Source: Opitutales bacterium
GTDB taxonomy: Bacteria > Verrucomicrobiota > Verrucomicrobiia > Opitutales > UBA9783
Assembly (NCBI GenBank): GCA_017958565.1
Contig: JAGDCJ010000016.1
Location: 94 to 64,093, forward strand
Direction: 5' to 3'
DNA: 64,000 nt
Shown here: in pieces, positions 10,671 through 19,428 of the stretch
Layout of the letters: every line of letters begins with the position of its first letter
Position numbering within the stretch: position 1 is the stretch's first letter
Made by a program: the position numbers and the translations under genes
The notes under the pieces: generated by a model
Seen by the model: only the letters and a program-made list of their open reading frames with translations
What the model was told of the DNA's origin: nothing
Databases searched by the model: none

Positions 10671-12017
10671 TCATTTTCCAATGCAAAATTTCGAAAAAAT
10701 TGTATCCAAAACCTGCTCATCGTAGCTCTGTCCTACGATGGTTTCGAAAGCATGTAACGCTGTTCTCAATTCCGCGACCAAACAATCCTCTTCGCGGTGC
10801 TGTTGCCACAATGCTTGTGCGTGTTGCAAAGCAGCTTTGGCGTGTTGCAAAGCAGCTGCATGCCGTTCATGTATCATAAAGCTCGCTTCCGATAAATCGG
10901 AACAAGATTGCTGTAAAAATTTTCGCAACCGATCTTGTAGCAAGGATAATGCGCTCGAATCTTGCAAAGAAAGTGAGCAAACGGTGTAAGTTTCCAAAGC
11001 TTTTGGCATAGAAGCGTGTAGGCCACAATCTAACTTATTGAGAATCACAAAAGTTCTTTTGGGAGAAAAGCGATTTTTCAATGCTTCCAAGGAATCATTC
11101 CACGGTTGCGATCCATCAATCACCCAAAGCAAACAATCAGCTTTGGTTACTTGTTCTTCGGTCTGTTGAATCCCTTTTTGTTCCAACTCATTTTCGGCAG
11201 TACGCAAGCCAGCGGTATCAACTAGCTTCAAAGAATACGGTTCGAGAAAGAACCGTTCGGAAAGGAAATCGCGCGTCGTCCCAGGAATGGAGCTTACAAT
11301 GGCACGCTCTTGCCCTAAAAAAACATTTAGCAAGGTACTCTTACCTGCATTGGGCAGCCCTACGATGACCGTATAAATTCCTTGCTGCAACGGACGATAG
11401 GCACCTTGTTGGCGCAATAATTTTTCGATCGCTTGCAACAATTCTTGCAGTTGTTGTCCTACGTGCGTGTGATCTTCCTTCGGCAAATCTTCTTCTGGAA
11501 AGTCCAAAAATGCTTCGATCATCGCAATGAGCTCCGTCAATTTCTGAAGGAAATGTTCTACGCAACGACTCAACGAACCGCCCAATTGATGCTGTGCCAA
11601 GGTAAGGGCTTGCTGTGATTGCGCATGAATGATATCAGAAACCGCTTCGGCTTGACACAAATCCAGTACATCGTTCATAAATGCACGTCGGGTAAATTCT
11701 CCCGGCTCTGCTGATCGTGCACCGCGTGTCCGAAGATCCTGCACGATTTGCTGAATGATGAGCGGATTCCCATGGCACGAAATTTCCAACATGGATTCGC
11801 CAGTATAAGAAGCTTTTTCGGCAAAAAACGTAAACACTACTTCATCCAGCGGTGTGCCAGAATCTGAATGATACAAGCTATGGTAGGCCTTGCGCGGCTG
11901 GATATTTTCTTTCTGAAAGATTGATTGTGCGAAGGAAAGGCATTGTGGACCGCTGCAGCGAATAACAGCAATTCCAGAAACTCCAAATGGTGTAGAAAGC
12001 GCAACAATGGTGTCCAC
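10671..12017 (-). CDS. mnmE: tRNA modification GTPase MnmE (TrmE)
   Basis: 448 aa. It starts MDTIVALSTP, carries the G1 motif GLPNAGKSTLLN, and ends with the C-terminal CIGK. Confidence 0.95.
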   Translation of the reverse strand: MDTIVALSTPFGVSGIAVIRCSGPQCLSFAQSIFQKENIQPRKAYHSLYHSDSGTPLDEVVFTFFAEKASYTGESMLEISCHGNPLIIQQIVQDLRTRGARSAEPGEFTRRAFMNDVLDLCQAEAVSDIIHAQSQQALTLAQHQLGGSLSRCVEHFLQKLTELIAMIEAFLDFPEEDLPKEDHTHVGQQLQELLQAIEKLLRQQGAYRPLQQGIYTVIVGLPNAGKSTLLNVFLGQERAIVSSIPGTTRDFLSERFFLEPYSLKLVDTAGLRTAENELEQKGIQQTEEQVTKADCLLWVIDGSQPWNDSLEALKNRFSPKRTFVILNKLDCGLHASMPKALETYTVCSLSLQDSSALSLLQDRLRKFLQQSCSDLSEASFMIHERHAAALQHAKAALQHAQALWQQHREEDCLVAELRTALHAFETIVGQSYDEQVLDTIFSKFCIGK

Positions 12018-12299
12018 TGCTCACCAACAAGCCGAAAAAGCAAATTGCTCGCAAGCTTATTTCCGAAAAATAGAAAAATTTGTGAGTAAATAATCAACAA
12101 CAGAAAGAAGGGAACCAAAATATTTCTTGTTTTGTCCTTTTTCATTTTTTGTTCACACCCTGTTTGGGTAGGAAAGAAAAAGGAAAAAACAGGAAAAGAA
12201 GATTTGTTCACACTGATAAGGAGAATATAAATTTTTGTAAAATGTTTCTTATAGAAGAAAAGGCTTTCCGGCTTTCTAAAAAAACCATACAAGAGAATC

Positions 12300-13211
12300 A
12301 TGGAGAAATCCATAACGGAGTGTTTACAAGCGCTTTTTCGACAGTGTGGAGAAGATCCTCAGCGGACAGGCTTGGTACAAACCCCTCACCGATTTTTGCA
12401 GTCTTTTCAAGAGTGTACGCAAGGATATGGGCAAACAGCAGAAGAAGTGGTTGGTGGTGCTCTTTTCCCCTGCGATAATCCAGCACCGGTCGTTATTCAA
12501 CGAATTCCTTTCTTTTCTTTGTGTGAACATCATCTTTTACCGTTTTTTGGTTACGGAACCGTTGCCTATCTACCTAGCCAAAAGGTTTTAGGAGTATCCA
12601 AAGTATACCGCCTAGTGAACTTATTTGCGCGCCGCTTGCAGTTGCAAGAACGGTTAACCCAGCAAATTGGTGAAGCGATCCAGCGAGTGGCCCAAGCAAG
12701 AGGTGTATGGGTGGAAATGCGCGGAGAACATTTGTGCGTGGCCATGCGGGGCGTGCAAAGAACCGATTCGCAAATGCGCACATTTTTCCAATCTGGAGAA
12801 CGCATTGACTCATCCCTTTTAGGAACCGAAAACAGTTCTTCCGAGAACCAAAACCACTTGAGGGTCATTACTGCCGAACTTCCCATGAAAATTGGCTGTT
12901 CTCAAGAAGAGCAACGAACCATGACGCCAGTGCAAATGGTCCTTGAATTGAAAATACCAAGTTCATACGGGACGTGTTCAGACGATTTAGCACAAACCGT
13001 CGATTATGACGCATTGGTACAGTGGGTTTATCAAACCATTTTCCACAAACGTTTTCAGTTGCTGGAATATGCCACTCAACAAGTGCACCAAACGATCCGC
13101 CAATTTTTGCAAGACCACCATCGAAAGGCGGCGATTCGGGTAACGTTAATCAAAAAACTGACGCATCCCTTAGTGCAAGAAAGTCAGTTTACCATCGGCG
13201 ATTTTGCATGA
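12300..13211 (+). CDS. folE: GTP cyclohydrolase I fused to a dihydroneopterin-aldolase-like (FolB-type) domain
   Basis: The N-terminal ~185 aa carry FolE motifs (FFSLCEHHLLPFFG, GEHLCVAMRGV). The C-terminal ~115 aa (IGCSQEEQRTMTPVQMVLEL...CSDDLAQTVDYDALV...RFQLLEYATQQV...IRVTLIK) follow the FolB pattern. Confidence 0.8.
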   Translation: MEKSITECLQALFRQCGEDPQRTGLVQTPHRFLQSFQECTQGYGQTAEEVVGGALFPCDNPAPVVIQRIPFFSLCEHHLLPFFGYGTVAYLPSQKVLGVSKVYRLVNLFARRLQLQERLTQQIGEAIQRVAQARGVWVEMRGEHLCVAMRGVQRTDSQMRTFFQSGERIDSSLLGTENSSSENQNHLRVITAELPMKIGCSQEEQRTMTPVQMVLELKIPSSYGTCSDDLAQTVDYDALVQWVYQTIFHKRFQLLEYATQQVHQTIRQFLQDHHRKAAIRVTLIKKLTHPLVQESQFTIGDFA

Positions 13212-14419
13212 TCAAAGAATCGTTTCGGTGTTGGTGGTATCAATGGTTAGAGCTTCAAAAGAAGCACTTGCCATGGGACCGAAAAACCCCTGGTTTGCTA
13301 CTTTTGCTGAGTGGGATTGGAATTGCGTTTATGTATTCGATTCAAAGAGGGTACGATAACGGAAAATGGAAAATGCAAATTCTGTGGTTATGCCTAGGCT
13401 TTCTCGTTTATTTTGGGACTGCAAGCATTCATTATCATTTTTTTTTTCGAAAATCTCATCTTTTGTATATCCTTTCGATCGTACTGTTATTGTTGCTGTG
13501 GACACCCATGGGAAGGACTTTGGGGGGAAGCCGACGGTGGCTTTCTTTGGGAATGATCACCTTTCAACCATCAAACGTCAGTGAAGTAGCAACCTTGCTG
13601 ATCCTTGCAAGCACTTTGATGCGAACGCGATGGATTACCATTCGCGATGCTTATCCAACGCTCGGCTTTACTTTTTTTGTCAGTGGACTTTCTTTTTTTC
13701 TCATTTTTCTTCAACCGGATTTAGGGTCCGCTTTGGTGATCCCCATCTTGTGCTTCGGTTTACTATTTGTTTCGCAATTGCCCCTTCGATTTTTTTGCAT
13801 ACTATTTTTCGTTTGTAGCGTCGTATTCGGGCTTATCGCGGCGGATACGCGTGGGTACTACTGTCAGATCAAGCAACAACCTTCCTTTTGGAAACCTTTT
13901 TTACCGTTGAAGAACTATCAACGCAACCGAATTTTGTCGTTTGCGGTACCTACCTCGATCGACCCCAAGGGGGTTCATGTTGGTTGGCATTTAAAACAAT
14001 CCTTGATCGCAATTGGTTCAGGCGGGTGGTTTGGGAAAGGTTGGACGCACAACACGCAAGCTCGTTTAGGATTTTTACCGCAAGCGGCTTCCCTGGATGA
14101 TTTTATTTTTTCAGTTTTGGCCGAAGAAGCCGGATTGGTCGGGGCCTTATTTGTGCTTGTTCTTTACATTCTTTTGGTCTTTAATAATTTTCGTATCGCT
14201 CTGATGGCACGCGATCGACTAGGATGCTATTTTTGCGTCGGGGTTGGGTTATTCATGATGTCTCATATTTGGATTAATATTGGAATGACGTTAGGAATTA
14301 TGCCGATTACGGGCTTGCCAACTCCCTTTTTGAGCTATGGAGGATCGTTCTTATTGATGTGCTTTTTTTGCCAGGGGTTGGTTCAGAGTGTGTATCGTTT
14401 TCGGTGGTATGAGGAGTAA
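13208..14419 (+). CDS. SEDS-family peptidoglycan glycosyltransferase (FtsW/RodA)
   Basis: It is polytopic, with a C-terminal GLPTPFLSYGGS motif. I trimmed the start to ATG 13208, which forms an ATGA overlap with the folE stop. The upstream part of the 465-aa ORF overlaps folE. Confidence 0.85.
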   Translation: MIKESFRCWWYQWLELQKKHLPWDRKTPGLLLLLSGIGIAFMYSIQRGYDNGKWKMQILWLCLGFLVYFGTASIHYHFFFRKSHLLYILSIVLLLLLWTPMGRTLGGSRRWLSLGMITFQPSNVSEVATLLILASTLMRTRWITIRDAYPTLGFTFFVSGLSFFLIFLQPDLGSALVIPILCFGLLFVSQLPLRFFCILFFVCSVVFGLIAADTRGYYCQIKQQPSFWKPFLPLKNYQRNRILSFAVPTSIDPKGVHVGWHLKQSLIAIGSGGWFGKGWTHNTQARLGFLPQAASLDDFIFSVLAEEAGLVGALFVLVLYILLVFNNFRIALMARDRLGCYFCVGVGLFMMSHIWINIGMTLGIMPITGLPTPFLSYGGSFLLMCFFCQGLVQSVYRFRWYEE

Positions 14420-14511
14420 TCTTCTTCGTTTGCCGAGCAACAAAATTCGTATGGAAAACGATTTTCATAAAAAATATTTTCGTTTCGGAAAAGAGGAAAG
14501 GATGGTACAGG

Positions 14512-16209
14512 ATGGAATGGAAAAAGAAACGAGCTGCTGATGGAATTGCCTTAGTGGAAAAACCGCGTCAAAAGCCGATTCATCTGTCTGTAGAATCTTT
14601 AAAAAATAAAGCGAAAGAGCGTTCCAAAAAGAGCGAAAACTTATTTCAGTGCATTTTAAATTTGTTCCAAAAAGAGAAACATTATTGCGAGATGGTTATT
14701 AATGGGATCTTGCCGCAAAAGCGGGTAGCGGTTTTGGTGGATGGGCTACTGGAACATTTCGAAATGGATATAGAGGAAAAGCAAGATTTGTACGGAGCAA
14801 TTTTCCTTGGGAAAATCCAGAATTTAGAAACCGGATTAAAGGCAGCTTTTGTCGATATTGGACAGGGGAAGAATGCGTTTTTGCACTATTGGGATGTTTT
14901 GCCGCTTTTGAACGGGGAAGGTTTTAACGAAAAAAATCAGGACGAGATGGTTGAAGTGATTGCTCGAAAGCCGTCCAACCAAAACGTGAAACAATGGACA
15001 AGCGAAGAGGTTCCCGAAAAGATCCCTATTGGAAGTTCATTATTGGTGCAAGTCATTAAAAGTCAAATTGGTTCGAAAGGGCCGCGGGTGACGACGAACA
15101 TTTCGCTTCCAGGGCGTTATGTCGTGTTAACGCCCTATTCGCACCAATGTGGAATTTCGCGGAAAATCGAACAGCCTCGTCAGCGTGAACGCTTGAAAAA
15201 ATTGCTGCACCAATTGGTATTGCCGGAAGGAATAGGTGTGATTTTTCGTACCGCTTGTGAAGAGGGAAGTTTGTCACGAATCATTCGTGAGGTGCAGTTT
15301 TTATTAGATACGTGGAAACAAATTCAGCAAAAGAGTGCTAATCTTCATGAGCCGAGCTTGTTGTACCATGAACCGAATTTGTTGGAACGAACCATACGTG
15401 ATTATTTGTCGGATCAAATGGATCGGGTTTTGGTGGATAACGAGGCGGATTTTCAATGGATTCAAAAGCGACTACAAACGTTTGCGCCTCATTTGCGAAA
15501 GAAAGTAAGTTGGTACCGAGAATCGATTCCGATTTTTGAACGGTACAGCGTCGAACCGCAGGTGGAGCAAATGTTTTCTCAACGGGTACCGTTGCCATCC
15601 GGCGGAGAAATTGTGATTCAAGAAACAGAAGCGTTGACATCGGTCGACGTCAATACGTCTTCCCATAAAACGGATGAAAGCTTTTCTTCCCAATTCATTT
15701 TTCAGGCCAATTTGGAAGCGGCTCGAGAAATGGCTCGGCAAGTACGGTTGCGCAACATTGGCGGCATTATTATTGTGGATTTTGTGGATATGCGACAGCC
15801 GAAAAATCGGCGCTTGTTGTACGATTTCGTCCAAAAGGAATTTGAGAATGATACTGCGCGTGTGCAAGTTTTTCCAGTGACAGCATTGGGGCTGATTCAA
15901 ATTTCTCGCCAGCGGCATAAGGAAAGTTTGCATCGGCAATTGTACACGTGTTGCCCTTATTGCAACGGAGAAGGGCACTTGAAATCTTTTTGGAATTTGT
16001 CGTTGCGCATGCAGCGCGAATTGCTGAATCAATGCTCCACAACCAACGGAGGAGTTTTTACCATTGCGTTGAATCCTTCGTTAAAAAATTATGTAACCAC
16101 CCAAGCTGCTTCGGAATGGAATGCATTAGAAGCGCAAGCTTCTCTTCAGGTCGATTTGATCGAAGATGCTTCTTTACATATAGAAAATTTTCACATTACA
16201 CGAGCGTAA
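14512..16209 (+). CDS. rng: ribonuclease G/E family endoribonuclease
   Basis: It has an S1 domain (GKIQNLETGLKAAFVDIGQGKNAFLH) and the catalytic-core motif VDVNTSS. The first ~60 aa are a Lys-rich extension, so the true start could be M61 (14692). Confidence 0.85.
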   Translation: MEWKKKRAADGIALVEKPRQKPIHLSVESLKNKAKERSKKSENLFQCILNLFQKEKHYCEMVINGILPQKRVAVLVDGLLEHFEMDIEEKQDLYGAIFLGKIQNLETGLKAAFVDIGQGKNAFLHYWDVLPLLNGEGFNEKNQDEMVEVIARKPSNQNVKQWTSEEVPEKIPIGSSLLVQVIKSQIGSKGPRVTTNISLPGRYVVLTPYSHQCGISRKIEQPRQRERLKKLLHQLVLPEGIGVIFRTACEEGSLSRIIREVQFLLDTWKQIQQKSANLHEPSLLYHEPNLLERTIRDYLSDQMDRVLVDNEADFQWIQKRLQTFAPHLRKKVSWYRESIPIFERYSVEPQVEQMFSQRVPLPSGGEIVIQETEALTSVDVNTSSHKTDESFSSQFIFQANLEAAREMARQVRLRNIGGIIIVDFVDMRQPKNRRLLYDFVQKEFENDTARVQVFPVTALGLIQISRQRHKESLHRQLYTCCPYCNGEGHLKSFWNLSLRMQRELLNQCSTTNGGVFTIALNPSLKNYVTTQAASEWNALEAQASLQVDLIEDASLHIENFHITRA

Positions 16210-16341
16210 ACGAGAGAATTTCATAAAAGAACGATACGAGTGATTTATCTTGTTCGTTTTTTCGTTTGTACGAGGGAAGGATTTTTGTTCGAATGAATGC
16301 AGGTGAGAGATTACACAGATGCAGCGTAGGAGAAAAATCCC

Positions 16342-17151
16342 ATGATTCATCCAACCGCATGGGTGGATGAATCGGTGCAAGTTCCGGAAAGCTGCACGGT
16401 TGGTCCTTTTTGTGTGATTGAACGGGGCGTGCAATTGGGCCCGCGAGTGGTATTGGGTGTGCAGGTGGTGCTCAAATCCGGCGTGTGTTTGGGAGAAGAG
16501 GTGCAGGTGCATTCGCATGCAGTGGTGGGAGATAATCCACAAATCAGCGGACAACGATTAGATTTTGAAAGCGGGGTACAAATTGGTGCGCGAACGGTTT
16601 TGCGGGAAGGGGTTACCATTCATCGTGCTTCACAGCCACACCAATGGACTCGAATCGGAAGCGATTGCTTGTTCATGGCCTTTTCACATGTGGGGCATGA
16701 TACAACGGTTGGCGATCATTGTATTTTGGCGAATTTGGCCTTGTTGGCCGGTTGGGTCACGGTAGGACCGTATGCGTTTCTCAGCGGTGGATCGATGGTG
16801 CAACAGTTTGTGCAGATAGGAGAAAGTGCTTTTCTTTCCGGCAACGCGGAAATCTCGATGCATATTCCACCGTTTGTGACCGTTATAGGACGCAATGAAG
16901 CGGCAAACATCAATGTGGTAGGGTTACAACGGCGCGGTTTTTCTTCCGAAGAAGTGGCGGATATTAAACAACGATACCGTTGGATGTACGATGGAACATC
17001 CCTTTCGTTCCAGAAAAGAGCTGCGCAAGCTTTGGAAGAAAAGCAATACACAACCGATCGTGGTCGGCAATTTTTGTCCTTTTTTACCCAATCGATGCCC
17101 TCTCGCGGTTTTGTGTATCCACGATCGCACCGATGGGAAAAATCTTGGTAA
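16342..17151 (+). CDS. lpxA: acyl-ACP--UDP-N-acetylglucosamine O-acyltransferase
   Basis: 269 aa. MIHPTAWVD is followed by left-handed beta-helix hexapeptide repeats. The C-terminal helical domain (NVVGLQRRGFSSEEV) is typical of LpxA. Confidence 0.85.
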   Translation: MIHPTAWVDESVQVPESCTVGPFCVIERGVQLGPRVVLGVQVVLKSGVCLGEEVQVHSHAVVGDNPQISGQRLDFESGVQIGARTVLREGVTIHRASQPHQWTRIGSDCLFMAFSHVGHDTTVGDHCILANLALLAGWVTVGPYAFLSGGSMVQQFVQIGESAFLSGNAEISMHIPPFVTVIGRNEAANINVVGLQRRGFSSEEVADIKQRYRWMYDGTSLSFQKRAAQALEEKQYTTDRGRQFLSFFTQSMPSRGFVYPRSHRWEKSW

Positions 17152-17156
17152 CCCGA

Positions 17157-18689
17157 CTACGCCTGGGAAGATTGCTCAGGCAGATCGATTTGCATTTGTC
17201 GAAGTAGATGCAAACCTTTTCGGTCGAAAAACCAAAGCATCCCTATATAGCTAGCAGTCCCCAGAAGGATTGCACCGCTTAACCAAAGCAAAGTGGATCC
17301 TTTTTCTGAGCTCCAAGGAATGTTTTTATAGAGCATCCAAAGAAGAAACGAGTATATCCCAAGTCCGATCCAAGGAAACGAGGTGAACAAGTTTCGATGA
17401 ATTCGCAATTCCGGGTATTTTTTTCGCAATTCAACGATTTGCAGAGTAAACTGAAAAACAGAACTTAGGAGGGTTCCCATCGGAATCCCCAATATACCGT
17501 AAAAAGGAATGAAGCAGCCACAGCTCAGTAAATGAACCAAAAGCGTCCAAGCAGTGTTCCGAATAGGTGTTTGTACCTCTTGATAGGAGTAAAAAACACG
17601 GTTTAAAAGTGCGATGACTCCGGAGAAGGGAAGTTGCAACGTGTACAATTTCATCAAGGGAATAGTATATTGAATATCCAACCATGAAAACTTTCCCCAT
17701 TGAAAACAAAGAGATAAGAACGGTTGTGCAAAAACGAACAATCCGATGGTAGAGGGGAACAACAGGAGCAAGGATAATTGCAAGGAACGATGAAGAAGTG
17801 CATAGGACGCGTGATGATTGTTTTGGGAAAAAGCGAGCGATAATTTTGGGAATAGAACGGAAAAAACGGAGACTGAAAACAGCGCAAACGGCAAGTTGAC
17901 AAATCGTCCGGCTAAGCACAGGTATCCGGTGCGAGGTGCATCGATCACATAAGATAGGAATTGTCCAAGGCAGTTGTTGATTTGAAAGAGAACAGCACCG
18001 ACCACACTGGGAAGAAAGAGCTGCCAAACATGGGTAACATCGGGATCTTGAGCCCATCGAAAGGCGGGACGAAAGCCTTTTCGTTGCAATTGTTTTTTCG
18101 GCAGAAACCATTGGAACCATCCGCCGACGACAACACAAACAGAGAGTGTCATCACGCTTAGGATTGGATAGAGGTGAAACAACGAGCAAAGGCCTAATCC
18201 ACATAAAAAAGAGAGGTTTAAAGCGGTCGAAGAAAAGGCGGTTAAAAAGAAAGCGTTGCATACGTTGAGCGCTCCATTGTAAAGTGCGGCGGTGCAAACA
18301 AACCATAAAAATGGAAGCATAATGATCGTTAGTCGAAGCACCAGGTTGGTTTTTTCATCGGTAAAATAATGATGCCCGATAGCTAGTAAAACACCAAACG
18401 TGATGCAAAAGCTGCCGAGAGCCACGCCAAATCGTGAAAAAAAACAGCTTAGAAAGTGGTGCGCGGTTTGAGGTTGTTGTTGCAGCCGTTCTGAAAAAAC
18501 CGGAATAAACGCGGTGGTCAATGCGCCTTCCCCGCATAATCGGCGAAAAAGATTCGGAATGAGGAAGGCGACGAGAAAAGCAGAGGTTTCCAGCGAAGAA
18601 CCCAAAACTGCAAACAAAATGACATCTCGGAGAAATCCCAATAAGTGGGAACAAAAGGTTCCCATCATCATTTTTATGATGGGATTCAT
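17157..18689 (-). CDS. murJ: lipid II flippase MurJ (MviN)
   Basis: 510-aa polytopic protein. The N-terminus SHLLGFLRDVILFAVLGSSLETSAFLVAFLIPNLFRRL is MurJ-like. Confidence 0.85.
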   Translation of the reverse strand: MNPIIKMMMGTFCSHLLGFLRDVILFAVLGSSLETSAFLVAFLIPNLFRRLCGEGALTTAFIPVFSERLQQQPQTAHHFLSCFFSRFGVALGSFCITFGVLLAIGHHYFTDEKTNLVLRLTIIMLPFLWFVCTAALYNGALNVCNAFFLTAFSSTALNLSFLCGLGLCSLFHLYPILSVMTLSVCVVVGGWFQWFLPKKQLQRKGFRPAFRWAQDPDVTHVWQLFLPSVVGAVLFQINNCLGQFLSYVIDAPRTGYLCLAGRFVNLPFALFSVSVFSVLFPKLSLAFSQNNHHASYALLHRSLQLSLLLLFPSTIGLFVFAQPFLSLCFQWGKFSWLDIQYTIPLMKLYTLQLPFSGVIALLNRVFYSYQEVQTPIRNTAWTLLVHLLSCGCFIPFYGILGIPMGTLLSSVFQFTLQIVELRKKYPELRIHRNLFTSFPWIGLGIYSFLLWMLYKNIPWSSEKGSTLLWLSGAILLGTASYIGMLWFFDRKGLHLLRQMQIDLPEQSSQA

Positions 18690-18690
18690 G

Positions 18691-19428
18691 TTAAGGGAGG
18701 GAGATCAATTCACTCTTTTTCACCCATCCATCTTCCCCGCGCATGGTACTGACAAAATAAAAATCTGCGACTTCTGATTTGATCCAACAAGCGGTTCCCA
18801 TGGGCCATTGATAACGAGTGGGGCTTTTGGCGTTGGGAGCGTAATGTCCAACGGTTACTTCTGGCAAAATCCCAAACGTGTTATAGGGTCGATGCAAAAA
18901 AAGAACAAGCGTTAATCCGGCAAACAGAAGCAAGCTACTGCTTCCGATGATCTGGTACGTTTTGTTTTTTCGGATACGAGACTTTCCCAAAAAAGCTACG
19001 GCCATCCAAAAAAGAATCGCTGCGATCCATTTCCACGTAGATAAGGTAAAGAGTTGAAATAATGAATGATACCATGGGAACGGAACCGGTGCGAGGGTCG
19101 AATTTTCCGCATACAATTGTTTTGTTGCTTGTTGCAGTAACGTCCAACGAGGCTTGATTTTTTCAGCTTGCAAGAAATACGCCAAGGCATGACCTGGTTT
19201 CCGAAGTTGAGTATAGGTTTGCCCTAAATTGTAATACAGTTGGGGGCTTTGTCCGAACGAAAGGGCTTGTTGGTAATTTGCGACCGCTGCTTCCCACTCT
19301 TTTTCGCCAAAATGCTGATCCCCTTTGTGTGCAAACTCTTCTGCTTCGGAACGAGAAAGGGCGTGTAAGCAACCTGGCATCAGCAGGAGATGGATGCAAA
19401 AGAAGGCCGAGATCAGTCGTTGTTTCAT
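18691..19428 (-). CDS. BatE-like TPR / SH3-type membrane protein
   Basis: I trimmed the start to ATG 19428 (MKQRLISAFFCIHLLL...), which forms an ATGA overlap with the batD stop. It has a TPR-like segment (ANYQQALSF...YYNLGQTY), two TM helices and a C-terminal SH3-like tail. Confidence 0.6.
   Translation of the reverse strand: MKQRLISAFFCIHLLLMPGCLHALSRSEAEEFAHKGDQHFGEKEWEAAVANYQQALSFGQSPQLYYNLGQTYTQLRKPGHALAYFLQAEKIKPRWTLLQQATKQLYAENSTLAPVPFPWYHSLFQLFTLSTWKWIAAILFWMAVAFLGKSRIRKNKTYQIIGSSSLLLFAGLTLVLFLHRPYNTFGILPEVTVGHYAPNAKSPTRYQWPMGTACWIKSEVADFYFVSTMRGEDGWVKKSELISLP

Noticed and set aside
11837-12313. 158-aa minus-strand ORF spanning the mnmE 5' end and the intergenic region
   Set aside because: It overlaps mnmE out of frame. 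The sequence is low-complexity and Phe/Leu/Lys-rich, typical of AT-rich intergenic DNA. I saw no motif.
16209-16300. Possible rho-independent terminator after rng (GAACGA...TTGTTC stem followed by a T-run near 16232-16262), and similar weak hairpins after dnaN (38159-38185) and after the 245-aa NTase gene (58735-58775)
   Set aside because: The stems are only 5-6 bp, with G-U pairs or large or too-small loops. That is not strong enough to report as features without an energy calculation.
17431-18306. 291-aa minus-strand ORF, and several 60-100-aa ORFs, inside murJ
   Set aside because: This is an alternative frame of a well-supported polytopic MurJ gene. The sequence is Arg/Ser/Cys-rich and looks like a shadow ORF. 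The same reasoning applies to the many internal or antisense ORFs listed within dnaE, mnmG, rng (e.g. 15472..16032), glgB, the SBP gene and the 997-aa gene.
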